Shown here one piece after another: positions 18,519 through 28,854 of a stretch of DNA of 64,000 nucleotides. The notes under the pieces are model-generated. The model saw only the letters and a list, made by a program, of their open reading frames with translations. It ran no database searches and had not been told where the DNA came from. The translations under genes and the position numbers were made by a program. Within the stretch, counting starts at the first letter, position 1. The number at the start of each line of letters is the position of its first letter. The stretch is from Bdellovibrionota bacterium (lineage in GTDB: Bacteria > Bdellovibrionota_G > JALEGL01 > DATDPG01). The stretch lies in assembly GCA_963668355.1 (NCBI GenBank), contig OY764265.1:1344001-1408000 (forward strand). The letters run 5' to 3'.

Positions 18519-19430
18519 TTATTCATTTCCCTGTGCGAATTCACATTTTCGACAGATGAAATCATTTGAAGACTCAGCAAGACCTCTAAGTTCTTTTCGA
18601 ACCCGAAAATAGGGTCGGTCAAAGTATATGTGTTTTAGAGAGTGTCGCGTGACATTTCCCAGCGTCACGGTGCGCCTCCAATCCATGCAACAGAGGATGA
18701 CATCTCCGTTGAAAAGAACGTGAAGATTGGAGACGTCGCGGAAATCGCTGCAACCTTTGAGCTGTCGGATGAATCGATCTTGTGGATATGCTCCGAGGTT
18801 TCCAGCCCGATCATGAATAAGCCTTTTGGTGACGTCGAGTCCCAACGACTCCCAATGTTGAATCGTTTTTTCAACCAAGTCTCCAGCGCGATTGGGCGCT
18901 ACATTCACTTGAATGCAAACGTTGGTTGGATAGTGTTTTTGGTATTGAGACAAGCTTTCCAAGTTTGAAATGACTTTTTCGAAATCGAGCTTGCTGACAA
19001 TGTTTTTGAATTCTTGGGGATCAGCGCTTGGCATGTTTACGACCAGCTCTTCCAGGCCGGCGGCCAAAGACTTCTCTCCGATCTCAGGCGTCATCAGGGC
19101 TGCGTTGGTAGAAAGGATTGGGGTTCCACCCAGCTTTTTTACATAGGCAATGCGTTCGGGCATGAGAGGGTCGACAAAGGGCTCATTCATTAAGTAAAGC
19201 GCAAATCGAGAGACTCCCAGTTGCCTGGCACCGCATACCGTTTTTTCGAAAACCTCCGGAGTCATTTTTCCCATCGAGACTTCTTGAGAAACGACGGGAT
19301 ATGGACAGAAGTCACAGTTGGCATTGCAAACGGACGTGGTTTGAATCTGAATGGTTTTGGGAAAAGTCCGATTCAGAAGACGGTATAGCCACGGATGGCT
19401 AAATTTGATTTTTTGTTTGATTCCCATCAA
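18519..19430 (-). CDS. Radical SAM enzyme with SPASM/Twitch domain
   Basis: CNANCDFC (CxxxCxxC), NEPF, STNA; C-terminal GC...NGDVILCCMD...LGN...ICRKC. Confidence 0.92.
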   Translation of the reverse strand: MMGIKQKIKFSHPWLYRLLNRTFPKTIQIQTTSVCNANCDFCPYPVVSQEVSMGKMTPEVFEKTVCGARQLGVSRFALYLMNEPFVDPLMPERIAYVKKLGGTPILSTNAALMTPEIGEKSLAAGLEELVVNMPSADPQEFKNIVSKLDFEKVISNLESLSQYQKHYPTNVCIQVNVAPNRAGDLVEKTIQHWESLGLDVTKRLIHDRAGNLGAYPQDRFIRQLKGCSDFRDVSNLHVLFNGDVILCCMDWRRTVTLGNVTRHSLKHIYFDRPYFRVRKELRGLAESSNDFICRKCEFAQGNE

Positions 19431-19495
19431 GACTTCTCTTCTTTCGAATTATACGGAAAACACGTTTGAATACGCAATCGCTTTGGCGAAGTTCC

Positions 19496-20791
19496 TTAAA
19501 AGCGTATGCGTAATGCAGAAAAATTAAAAAGATTTTGGAAGTCCGATTTTCGATAACGGAACACCGTGAAAAAAGATTGTTTCGTGAGACGCAAGTAGCT
19601 AACCAACAAGATCGAGGATAAAGCGATGTAGTTGGCGGAGGTTGCAATGGCCCCTCCAGTCAATCCGTAACGCGGGAGGGCGAACGTCAGTCCCAAAATA
19701 TAGAGCGGAAGTGTGACGAGAAGGGGCCAATTCACCGTCCAAATTTTCCCCTCTCCAGACAAATGGGCAGAGACAAGTTTTCCCATGCTCAAAAACGCAA
19801 TGCCTGGGAGTAGCCAAATTAAAATTTGAGAGGCTTCCAGGTATGGAGAGCCGTAAAGGAGCTGAATTAAAGGTTTGGAGAGGATAAAGATTCCTAAGCA
19901 GAGAAAAAGGGTGATGAGAAGCCCGGCTCTGACAATGAGGTTGGTTCGTTCTCGACTGGATTCCTTTCCTCCAGCCCGTGAAACCCTGGGCAGCAGGACC
20001 GTGCTTGTGGAGTTGGTGATATCCAAAATCCGTTCTGTTAATAAGACCGCCAGGGAAAATATTCCGAGGGCGGCTGGGCCAAGATAGTCGGTGATGAAAA
20101 AGTAGCTGATGCGGTACGTCCCATAATTGGCAATCATCCCAATATAAGCCAACATGCCTAAGGACATCACGGATTTGAAGGAGACCCATCTGCATCCAAA
20201 TGCCCAAACCGGGGGAGCTAAGCGTAATAGGAAAGTGCTTTGCACGACGTAAGAAAGTGCAACCGCCACAAAAGCGACAGATAAGTTCAGGTGATCGACG
20301 AAAAATGCAGCGGCGATGATCAAGGCTCGGGTCGCCTGAACGGCCAGGCCCGCTCGATTCATATCCGTGATTCGGTTTTCTGCGTAGATGATTGAGACCC
20401 AAAGGTGATTGAGGATCGCTAGAAAGACCACTCCCATTAACGGAAATCGAATCGTGACATAAATCCCAGTGGTTTTTTCATCCATATGGATCCAGAAATA
20501 GTAAAACACGGATGCCCATGCGATGATCGTGGAGACCAAGACAATCGATTGAATGACCCGTTTTAGTTCTCGGATATCAATTTTGCCTGCGCCCAGGAGA
20601 TAAACCGCTGAAGTTCCGATGCCGAAGTTGGCAAATGTGGGAAACAACCCAATGATGAAGACGATATAGGCCAAGACCCCCCTTTGTTCTGGGCCTAAGG
20701 CGCGATACGTTAAGATGCTCGTACCAATCCCCAGGGCCAAGGAGGCCATTCGATAGAAGAGTGTGGAGAGAACGAGGGATCGAAAATTCAT
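19496..20791 (-). CDS. wzx: Wzx-type polysaccharide flippase (MOP family)
   Basis: About 12 TM segments; RALGPEQRG, LGPAALGIFSLA, VLLPRVS, LYG.PY, P.YGLTGGAIATS. Confidence 0.88.
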   Translation of the reverse strand: MNFRSLVLSTLFYRMASLALGIGTSILTYRALGPEQRGVLAYIVFIIGLFPTFANFGIGTSAVYLLGAGKIDIRELKRVIQSIVLVSTIIAWASVFYYFWIHMDEKTTGIYVTIRFPLMGVVFLAILNHLWVSIIYAENRITDMNRAGLAVQATRALIIAAAFFVDHLNLSVAFVAVALSYVVQSTFLLRLAPPVWAFGCRWVSFKSVMSLGMLAYIGMIANYGTYRISYFFITDYLGPAALGIFSLAVLLTERILDITNSTSTVLLPRVSRAGGKESSRERTNLIVRAGLLITLFLCLGIFILSKPLIQLLYGSPYLEASQILIWLLPGIAFLSMGKLVSAHLSGEGKIWTVNWPLLVTLPLYILGLTFALPRYGLTGGAIATSANYIALSSILLVSYLRLTKQSFFTVFRYRKSDFQNLFNFSALRIRF

Positions 20792-20866
20792 GGTTTCAGG
20801 ACTTCATTCTAGCACTACCTTTCAATTTTTCTCACTTCTGTCGCAATTCGCGATATTTTAAAGGTC

Positions 20867-21985
20867 GTGAATCGTCGAAAACCATATTTGGTTCTTCTTT
20901 CGTCCGGTTTGGACGACATCCTTCGAGGACAGGAGACCGCAACCCGGATTCTGTTTGAGGCCTTGAAACGAGAAGCTCTTTCTTCCGTGACCCCTTTGCT
21001 TTTGAAGCGAGATGGGCCGAAAGCCGAGGACGAGGTTAGGTTATTCACCCCTCGCCGTTCCAGTTGGTTGGCAAGGGTTTTAGGGCGCGTGCGGGGGTCG
21101 CGTTTCTATTGGGCTCAGGTGTGTTTTGCTTGTGTGGCAATTCTTTTTTTGGCTCTCGGGCGTAAAACTTGTGCAGCCCTAATCACATTGGACCCCATGG
21201 TCTTGAAAGTGATCTGGGCGTTTCGGAGTTTCTTAAAGGGTCATCCTCCCATTGTTTTTATTCATGGCGTTCGAATGGAGCCTCATAGCTATGCGACATA
21301 CTGTGATGTTTTGATCGAGGTAAACCAGGAAAACCATGATCGTAGCTGTGCTGCGGGGTTTCAATCAAAAGCTCATTTAATTCCCCATTTTGAGTTTCAG
21401 TCCTCCACTTCGGAAGAAGGCCCTCCTCCATCCTCTTTAAGAGAGGAGTTGAAGATTGAAACGGAGAAGGTTCTGTTGGGCGTGGGGGTCGTAGATCGAA
21501 CGCAGAAGCGAGCTGACTATTTGATTCGGGAAGTGAGTCAACTGGGGACAGAGTGGACCCTCCTTCTTTGCGGATCGGTCACCGAACCGGAGATCTTGGA
21601 GTTTGGAAAAAAGAAGCTCGGAAATCGATTTCGCCATTGCGTTCTGCGTCCGGAAAGAATGGGTGAAGCTTACGGTTTGGCGAATCTTTTTGTTTTAGGG
21701 TCGTTGGACGAGGGCTTTGGATTGGTTGTGATGGAAGCGATGAAGTATGGCTGCCCGGTTCTTGTTCATCGGAGGAAGCATTTTCTTTGGCTGGTGGGGG
21801 ATGAGGACCAAACCGCCAATCTTCAGGAAAAAGGGGCGATCAAAGCCTGGTTGGAAGATCCTTTGAAATCAGACGCATTTCTAAACATGAAAGGGGACAT
21901 GAATCGGTTGGCCTTTCAGGAACGATTTACGTGGGAACGGGTTCGAAGCCAATATTTACGTGTGTTGGGTGTTATGGAGAAATAG
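20867..21985 (+). CDS. Glycosyltransferase family 4
   Basis: RGQET, KRADYLI, FVLGSLDEGFGLVVMEAMKYG. Confidence 0.9.
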   Translation: MNRRKPYLVLLSSGLDDILRGQETATRILFEALKREALSSVTPLLLKRDGPKAEDEVRLFTPRRSSWLARVLGRVRGSRFYWAQVCFACVAILFLALGRKTCAALITLDPMVLKVIWAFRSFLKGHPPIVFIHGVRMEPHSYATYCDVLIEVNQENHDRSCAAGFQSKAHLIPHFEFQSSTSEEGPPPSSLREELKIETEKVLLGVGVVDRTQKRADYLIREVSQLGTEWTLLLCGSVTEPEILEFGKKKLGNRFRHCVLRPERMGEAYGLANLFVLGSLDEGFGLVVMEAMKYGCPVLVHRRKHFLWLVGDEDQTANLQEKGAIKAWLEDPLKSDAFLNMKGDMNRLAFQERFTWERVRSQYLRVLGVMEK

Positions 21986-23066
21986 CTTTTTTGTAAATGC
22001 GTTCCAGATTCTTAGAGAGGCAATTGGGGTGGAAACGTCTGAGATACGTCTGGCGCGCTTCTCGTTTGATTTGGTTTAATTGCTCTGGGTGTTCCATCAA
22101 GGAGACAATGGCTTGGGCCAGAGATTCCTCCAGTTGGCGTTCAACGGTGGGATCGAAGATCATTCGGCCTTCGTGTGTCACGGGACAGGGCAAAAGAATG
22201 CCGTCGACATCTTGAGTGATGATTTCTGGCAAAGCGCGAATCTTTGTGGCGATGGGGGCCAGTCCGGAAGCCATTCCTTCGATGACGGATCCTCCGTAAG
22301 AATCGTCGAATGTGGGAAGCAAAAGAATGTCGCTGCGAGACAAAATTTCTCTCACTTTGGAATTGGGAAGTCCTTCTTGATGATTCACGCCCAATGCCGC
22401 CATCTTTTCTCTCCATTTGATTCCAGAGCCCGGCTCCACAGGAAAAACATAGTTGCCTTCTTGCATTTTGGAAATCACAGTGAGGGTAACCGGATGGCTT
22501 TTCTTCAGGCGGGCGAACGCTGATACCGCAATGGTCCCACCTTTTCGAAAAAATTCATTGCCAACAAAGACCAGGTCGATGGATCTTTTTGTGGAAGGTG
22601 AGGTCAAAACCTCTTGGAAATGACCCTCTGGGATACCGGGATCCACCACTTCGGCCTTTTTCATGACTTGATCGAGGTTTGGATCATCCGAATTTCGAGT
22701 TCGCATATGCAATAAAGTGTTTTCGCTCATGGCCAAGATTCTTAAGCAGTGGGGAGAAGCCAATCGTTTGAGCAGGAAACGCCGCCAGGGATCGCAATCC
22801 CACACTCGGGGAAAAACCGATTCCGCAGAAACGATCCACGGGTGACGATTTAAAGGAATCATATTGAAGGTGTGAAAAAAGTCACAGGAGTGGGGAGGAG
22901 GAAAATAAGTGGTGGCTGAGATGGTTTTTCGAGCCCAGGGGTGAAGTCGACCGAAAACATGGAGGGGAAGTTTTCGCTGGGGAACATATTGACATCCATT
23001 TACGTTCACATCTCCAAACAGCCAAGCTGAGCCATAATCTTTTTGAGCTATCCCCACACGAATCAT
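21972..23066 (-). CDS. Glycosyltransferase family 4
   Basis: FVGNEFFRKGG, DILLLPTFDDSYGGSVIEGMASG. Start ATG 23066 in an ATGA overlap with the upstream stop. Confidence 0.88.
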   Translation of the reverse strand: MIRVGIAQKDYGSAWLFGDVNVNGCQYVPQRKLPLHVFGRLHPWARKTISATTYFPPPHSCDFFHTFNMIPLNRHPWIVSAESVFPRVWDCDPWRRFLLKRLASPHCLRILAMSENTLLHMRTRNSDDPNLDQVMKKAEVVDPGIPEGHFQEVLTSPSTKRSIDLVFVGNEFFRKGGTIAVSAFARLKKSHPVTLTVISKMQEGNYVFPVEPGSGIKWREKMAALGVNHQEGLPNSKVREILSRSDILLLPTFDDSYGGSVIEGMASGLAPIATKIRALPEIITQDVDGILLPCPVTHEGRMIFDPTVERQLEESLAQAIVSLMEHPEQLNQIKREARQTYLRRFHPNCLSKNLERIYKKAISP

Positions 23067-24736
23067 GGCGTTGCCTCCGGGCTTAAAAATTTTTCTCCCT
23101 TGCGTATCCATACCTCATGTTTAGCTATTCCATAGCCTTTCAAAGGGGATGGAGAGTACTCGTCTTTGAGTTGGTTGAGAAAGCCACTCTTCAAAAGGTC
23201 ATCGCTTAAAAGCTGTGCGTTTTTCGGCAAAATCCATCGTGGCACGGCCTGAAACGTGGAATGTGAAACGCTTTTCTGATTTTCCAAAGAGTAAAAGGAA
23301 CAAGGTAGATGGTAGGCCAAGCGCATCCGATAGATACCCAAAGTCTTGTCGTTGATACAAAAAGAGGGAAGGAGTTTTTCAAGCTTGGAGGTTTCTCGGC
23401 TGGCGAGTGATCGTTGGCTGTACGCATGGATGTATTCACCCAGGCCGGTTGCCAGTAAAGAAGCAAGCGCGACGCCTATTCCCGCCATCAAAAGGGACGG
23501 TTTGGATTTTACGAAGAAGATCAGAATGACGGCAATGGAAAGGAATAGAGCCAAAGCTTGATGGGCGTCCATGGAGAAAGAACCCAAGGGAATTTCAGGC
23601 AGTTCTTTTCGGTGGAAAAAAAGATAGCCCAAAAGAAGGAAGGCAAGAATGAATGAAAAGATCGAGATCATCACTTTTAGCGGTCGATCAACGGCCGAGA
23701 AAAAGTAAGCCGTTAAAATGACCAACAAAGGCAGCGCGGGATCCCAGTAACGAACCACGCGAATCTTGCTGGCCAGTAGGGGAACGGCAATGCACAAGAG
23801 AGGAATCAGAAGATACATCAGGGATTGACGATGTTTTTCATCTCGGAAGATCTTTGTTGCTCCAGCCAATGAAAAAAGGAAAAGGGGCATGCTGATATAA
23901 GCCGCAGAGAAGAGAAGATATTTGATCCAGGAATACTCTCCCACAGGACTTGCATAATGAGCTTCCTTTCCTTGCATTCCCCGAAGTACGAATAAAAGGT
24001 TGTTTTGAACTTCAGCCCCAAGGGAGGTTGCATAGAGGGTCCAAAGGTAAAAACTGAGAAGCGAACCCAGACAAGCTAAACCTAGCGCTGCAGCAACGGA
24101 TCGCCAGGAAATGCCAGGGTTTGAAATTAAAAAAGCCGTTGTGAGACAGATGGAGGCTAGAACGGCCAACGCGCAAGGGAATTTAACCCAAGGGGCGAGA
24201 AGGAAGACGAAAAATAACCATCCCCAAGGTCGATTGAAAAAAGAGGAGGTGTGAAAACTTTGATGCCAACGTCGAGTGAGCCAGAGGATGAGAAGAAAGA
24301 AGAATGTGTAGGGTAGGTCTAACTCCGCTGTGGCGGCCTCTACTTGGAAAAAAAGAAGCACGCAAAAAACGAGGCTCACCCAAAGGTCGATGTGTTTACC
24401 CGGGAACAAGTCCTTGGCCATTCTTCCGGTCAGCCAAATCGTAGGCAAAACCCACAACAGGAGATGAAATAGGCGAAGTCCGAGCAGAGAGTCCCCTGTG
24501 AGGGAGATCCAAAACGAGTTCAAACCGACGACCAAATAAGGATGAAAAACCAGGAAGTATCCGTCAGGAAACAACTCCAAATACGGTCGCCCATGCTGAG
24601 TGAACGCTTTTGCAAAGTTTCGATATAAGCTTTCGTCATAAGGAGAAGGAATCCAATATGTGAGGAAAGCCACGCTTGCGAGGAAGATCAGAAGGAAAAG
24701 AATTTTCCAGTTTTTCTGTCGGAGGGGTGATGTCAT
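23063..24736 (-). CDS. ArnT/PMT-like GT-C membrane glycosyltransferase (lipid-linked donor)
   Basis: Early YDESLY acidic motif after TM1, HPYL, RLFH, ELD, WVK; about 13 TM segments; RYWDPALP; periplasmic C-terminal tail. Start 24736 or 24790. Confidence 0.75.
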   Translation of the reverse strand: MTSPLRQKNWKILFLLIFLASVAFLTYWIPSPYDESLYRNFAKAFTQHGRPYLELFPDGYFLVFHPYLVVGLNSFWISLTGDSLLGLRLFHLLLWVLPTIWLTGRMAKDLFPGKHIDLWVSLVFCVLLFFQVEAATAELDLPYTFFFLLILWLTRRWHQSFHTSSFFNRPWGWLFFVFLLAPWVKFPCALAVLASICLTTAFLISNPGISWRSVAAALGLACLGSLLSFYLWTLYATSLGAEVQNNLLFVLRGMQGKEAHYASPVGEYSWIKYLLFSAAYISMPLFLFSLAGATKIFRDEKHRQSLMYLLIPLLCIAVPLLASKIRVVRYWDPALPLLVILTAYFFSAVDRPLKVMISIFSFILAFLLLGYLFFHRKELPEIPLGSFSMDAHQALALFLSIAVILIFFVKSKPSLLMAGIGVALASLLATGLGEYIHAYSQRSLASRETSKLEKLLPSFCINDKTLGIYRMRLAYHLPCSFYSLENQKSVSHSTFQAVPRWILPKNAQLLSDDLLKSGFLNQLKDEYSPSPLKGYGIAKHEVWIRKGEKFLSPEATP

Positions 24737-24792
24737 CAATCCATGCCAATCTTTACAAAAAATACTAAAATAGCCCACCAAAGCTTGCATCT

Positions 24793-26202
24793 ATGGATTC
24801 CTCGAAACCAAAATATCTCTCCTCTCCATCTTCGCGGAAACGGGTTCTGTGCATTTTTTATCATTTTGCACCTTCGGCCATGCCGGGAGCCAAGCGTTTG
24901 GAGGCGATTTATGAGCACCTATCCTCTTTTGGGTGGGAGCCGCACGTCATCACGGTTCCTGTGGAAGAACATGAACGAGCCTATTTAGAAAATCGCTTTT
25001 CAGGGGACCCCCGAATTACGCGCGTTCCAACGCGGGAGCCCAAGCGTTTCATTGCATGGGCTCGTCGCTTTCGGATCATGAGGCTGTTTTGGACGATGTT
25101 TTATCCTTGGTTTTGGGACAAGCAGGCCAGGTGGATCAAAGAGGTCATTCCAAAGGCCAAGGAACTCCATGAAACACATCAATTTGACGCACTGATTACG
25201 AGTTCATGGCCTCCGACGGCTTCTCGAATTGGACGAAAATTGAAAAACGAACTGAAACTTCCTTGGGTTTGCGACAATCGCGATCCCTATGTGGGGGCGC
25301 CCATATCCGTTTGGCCGACCTATTTTCACTTTCTTTTTATGCGCTGGATGGAGCGGAGATGGTTAAGGCAGGCCGACTCGATTGTCTGCGTGACGGAAAC
25401 CATGAAACGGGACCTCCTTGTTTTGCATCCCGATGTGTCTGCTGAAAAAATTCAAGTCATTGAAAACGGATATCCTTCGACATTGATCGAACAAGTTTTG
25501 ACTGAACTCCAGTCGGAAGAGGATGTTTTTCGAATTGTCCATTCTGGAACTTTGCGTTTTGAATCGCCCCATCAACCCTTTCGGAAGCGCGGTTGTGTTA
25601 GGTATTTGTGGGATTTTCAACACCAAAATTATGACTTTAGGACCCGTTCTCCCCTGCTTTTGTTCCAAGCACTCAAGCAAATCAAAAATGAATATCCAGA
25701 GCTGTTTCAAAAAATTCGGTTTGAGGTTGTGGGTTGGAGTGATCCACGGAATTTTGATTTGGCTAAAGAGATGGAGGTTGAGTCTGCTGTGGACTTCGTG
25801 GGTCCAGTGTCTTACGAAGATTCCCTTAAGTATGTGGCGAGGGCATCTTTGCTTTATTTGCCTTTGGAAAAGCGCTTGGATGGAAGGCCCACGGCATTCA
25901 TGAGTACGAAGTTATACGAATATGCAGCGCTGAAGCGTCCCATTTTGATGGTTTCGAATCCTTGTGAAGCAAGTAAGTTCTTGGAGGAGATTGATGGTGG
26001 GTGGGTCGTCCCGTTTGGAAATGTGAAGACGGTTTGTTGTTTACTCGTCGGACTTCTTCAATCTTCGGTTCCCCTTCCAAGGCCTCGAAAGGAAAGAATC
26101 CAAAGGTATTCCAGAGAAATTTTGACCCAAGAATTTGCGGAGATTTTATCGTCGATAACGGCGTCTCCTCGGGGTGGAGAGGAGAAACGAGCCCATGACT
26201 AG
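24793..26202 (+). CDS. GT4-like glycosyltransferase
   Basis: YHFAPSAMPGAKR, TSSWPP, DNRDPY, HSGT, STKLYEYAALKRPIL. Confidence 0.85.
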   Translation: MDSSKPKYLSSPSSRKRVLCIFYHFAPSAMPGAKRLEAIYEHLSSFGWEPHVITVPVEEHERAYLENRFSGDPRITRVPTREPKRFIAWARRFRIMRLFWTMFYPWFWDKQARWIKEVIPKAKELHETHQFDALITSSWPPTASRIGRKLKNELKLPWVCDNRDPYVGAPISVWPTYFHFLFMRWMERRWLRQADSIVCVTETMKRDLLVLHPDVSAEKIQVIENGYPSTLIEQVLTELQSEEDVFRIVHSGTLRFESPHQPFRKRGCVRYLWDFQHQNYDFRTRSPLLLFQALKQIKNEYPELFQKIRFEVVGWSDPRNFDLAKEMEVESAVDFVGPVSYEDSLKYVARASLLYLPLEKRLDGRPTAFMSTKLYEYAALKRPILMVSNPCEASKFLEEIDGGWVVPFGNVKTVCCLLVGLLQSSVPLPRPRKERIQRYSREILTQEFAEILSSITASPRGGEEKRAHD

Positions 26203-27460
26203 TCTCGCTTTCGAGAAGAGGCGCGTATTGTACCTGGTTTATGGGGATGTCTTTTCAAATGTGTTTGGCTCTCAGCTAAAGCCTCTGTGGTCCCAAGCGG
26301 AAGATTTGGGAGTTTCTTATCACGTAGGGGCGATCCTAAGTCCTCGCATTCTTTTTGACTCACATATGCGCAGGAAACTTCATTGCCTTGAAGTGGACAG
26401 CTCCATTCCGTGGTCCGTTTCCTTTTTGGGGGCTGGGTTTCCTAGCCGTTGGCCTTGGCTCGGAACGATGAGTATTCGTCGATGGTTGGCCGACTTCAAG
26501 CCAGACATCGTTCATGCTCGAGGGCCAGTGGCTGGGGGGCTGGCAGCCAGAGCCATCCAACTTCTTCCATCGTCTTCTCGACCTCAATTGGTCTTGGATG
26601 TCCGAGGTAACACGTTAGCGGAACTGGGTGCCGGAGGTTGGTTCTCTTCAGAGAGGCAAATTCAAAAGGCTCGAAATATGATCGAGGGCTTGGAAGGTGA
26701 GGCCTGTCGTTGTTCCAGTCACGTGTTTTGTGTCTCAACGCCGCTTCTGGAATTTATTCGAGAGCACTATGGATATGATGGCTCTGCGTCCGTGATTCCC
26801 TGTTGGTCTTCCTGCCAATCAAAGGTTCCTGAGGTAGATTCAAGGTCTCGCGAGAATGTTCGCCTGGAGTTGGGATTTGAGGATGAAGATTTTGTTTGGT
26901 GCTATGCCGGATCCACTGCGCCTTGGCAGAGTTTGCCGGAAATCCTTCAGGGGATTGATCGGTTGCATCGGGAGCACTCTCGCCATCGCCTCCTTTGCTT
27001 GACGGATACACCTGAGGACCTCAAACGAAACATTCAGACCTTGGGGATTTCTTCAACGCTATGCGTGATTCGGTCGGGCTCACGTGAGAAGGCCCTTGGC
27101 TGGATGAAGGGGGCGGATGCCGGTATTCTACTTCGAAAGGTGAATGACATTAACTGTGTAGCCAGTCCAATGAAGCTGGGAGATTATTTTTTGGCCGGAC
27201 TCCCCGTTCTCATGAGTGACCAAATTGGAGATGCTTCCCGATGGGTGAGAGAAGAGGCGTTGGGTTGGATCACTTCAACATTGGAAGTTGAGGACTTGGC
27301 GGCTCAAGCGAAACGTTTTCAAAAGATGATTGAGGAACGAGGCCGAGAGACGTTTCAGGAGCGGGTTCGTCTTTTCCGCTTGCGGAAGCTTTCCTTGGAC
27401 CGTTATCTTGACGTCTACCGGAACGTGTATCACCGACGGAAAGAACACCATGCAGAGTAA
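26195..27460 (+). CDS. GT4-like glycosyltransferase
   Basis: PDIVHARG, DVRG...E, YAGS.APWQ, ASPMKLGDYFLAGLPV. Start ATG 26195, overlapping the upstream gene. Confidence 0.85.
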   Translation: MTSLAFEKRRVLYLVYGDVFSNVFGSQLKPLWSQAEDLGVSYHVGAILSPRILFDSHMRRKLHCLEVDSSIPWSVSFLGAGFPSRWPWLGTMSIRRWLADFKPDIVHARGPVAGGLAARAIQLLPSSSRPQLVLDVRGNTLAELGAGGWFSSERQIQKARNMIEGLEGEACRCSSHVFCVSTPLLEFIREHYGYDGSASVIPCWSSCQSKVPEVDSRSRENVRLELGFEDEDFVWCYAGSTAPWQSLPEILQGIDRLHREHSRHRLLCLTDTPEDLKRNIQTLGISSTLCVIRSGSREKALGWMKGADAGILLRKVNDINCVASPMKLGDYFLAGLPVLMSDQIGDASRWVREEALGWITSTLEVEDLAAQAKRFQKMIEERGRETFQERVRLFRLRKLSLDRYLDVYRNVYHRRKEHHAE

Positions 27461-28853
27461 TCCTTTTTTTCATCTACTCATCACAATCGTGTTGGGCAGT
27501 TTGGGAGGTTGGGTTCTCGTTCGATATGGTGGAACATTGGCCGGTGCGGTGGTGGGTTTGTTTTTTTTGGTGATCATCGCCTTCTCGCTGAAAGATTTTA
27601 CGATTCCCTTTGTTCTTCTCCTGACGTTGGCTCTCGGGAGCGCGTACGATTGGAGGATCGCGCAAAGCAGTTATTACGTGCGCTTTGTTCTCTTGGGACT
27701 CGTTACGCTTCGGGCCGTATTCTTTTTCTTAGGTCGTCTTCAAGGCTCTGGACGAAAGTCGGACATTACTTTTTCCCCCCTTCACATCACGTTCTTCGTC
27801 GTTTCATTCATTGGTCTTTTGAGCACGGCATACTCTGTCAACCCGGCTACAACGTTTCAACGCGCACTTTCATTTCTCATGTTGACGATTGTTATTTTCC
27901 TTTTCTTTTGGCCGAAGGCAGAGTCACAAGAACGCATGGAGGAAATTGCCATTTCCATGTGGTGGACGATTGTTGTGGTTTTGGGGGTTGGGTATCTCTT
28001 CCTTTTGATGGGAATCCCCGGAATGTTTTATGGAGGGCGCCTTCGTCTGGTCTTGGGAAATCCCAATCAACTGGGGCATTACACAGCCCTCTTTGCCCCC
28101 ATCGGGGTTTGGTACATGTTTGAACGTGCCAAAGGGAAAAGAAAAATTTTTGCGGTTTCTGTCGTAGCAGCTATGGCTTTGGCCTTGGTTCTTTCGGGGT
28201 CACGCGCAGCCCTGCTTTCGGTAACGGTCGCGATGGGACTCATGTTCGGCCTTTGCTATACCAAGAAACTCCTTGCCTTGGGAATGGTGGTGATTCTCAT
28301 TGCCTCTGTACATTTTTTGATGGGAGATCCGGCCCCCTCTCCGGGAGAGGACCCGAGTTTTCTTCAAGAGCATGTCATGCGGGAAGGCCAATTGGAGACC
28401 GGGAGTGGTCGAGTCCCAGTGTGGAAAGGTGCTTTGCGCTTAATCGGGAAGCAACCCCTTTTGGGGTATGGGTTTGGATCTGTGGAAACGCTGTTTCACA
28501 AGGGCTACTTTCCTGAAATCAGAGAGTTTCAAGGGGCTCACGTTCATAACAGCTATCTGGAGGAATTGGTCAATTTGGGTTGGTTGGGGGCGCTTCCCAT
28601 ATTTTTCTCTCTTTTTTATGTCCTTTTTCAGGGGGCTTTTGTGATTATTCGGGCCAATCGAAATACCCCTGAATTTCGTTTTTTTGTGGCACTCTATGCC
28701 ATACTCGTTGTGGGCGTAATATCCGGAACATTTGAAAGCTGGTTTACGTCTGTGGGAAGCATTTTTTGTTTTCCTTACTGGCTATCCGTTGCTTTATTGC
28801 TTAAGTTGATTCGCGTGTCTCCCAAACTCCATGACGTGGAAAGTATGAATTAA
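27450..28853 (+). CDS. Wzy_C family membrane protein (probable Wzy polymerase or O-antigen ligase)
   Basis: GNPNQLG, SGSRAA, SGRVPVW, PLLGYGFG, HVHNSYLE.L..LG; multi-TM. Start ATG 27450. Confidence 0.85.
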   Translation: MQSNPFFHLLITIVLGSLGGWVLVRYGGTLAGAVVGLFFLVIIAFSLKDFTIPFVLLLTLALGSAYDWRIAQSSYYVRFVLLGLVTLRAVFFFLGRLQGSGRKSDITFSPLHITFFVVSFIGLLSTAYSVNPATTFQRALSFLMLTIVIFLFFWPKAESQERMEEIAISMWWTIVVVLGVGYLFLLMGIPGMFYGGRLRLVLGNPNQLGHYTALFAPIGVWYMFERAKGKRKIFAVSVVAAMALALVLSGSRAALLSVTVAMGLMFGLCYTKKLLALGMVVILIASVHFLMGDPAPSPGEDPSFLQEHVMREGQLETGSGRVPVWKGALRLIGKQPLLGYGFGSVETLFHKGYFPEIREFQGAHVHNSYLEELVNLGWLGALPIFFSLFYVLFQGAFVIIRANRNTPEFRFFVALYAILVVGVISGTFESWFTSVGSIFCFPYWLSVALLLKLIRVSPKLHDVESMN

Positions 28854-28854
28854 G

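Noticed and set aside
18519..19430. RiPP cluster around the radical SAM/SPASM gene
   Set aside because: No precursor peptide, PqqD/RRE domain, peptidase or transporter nearby; the context is entirely glycan biosynthesis.
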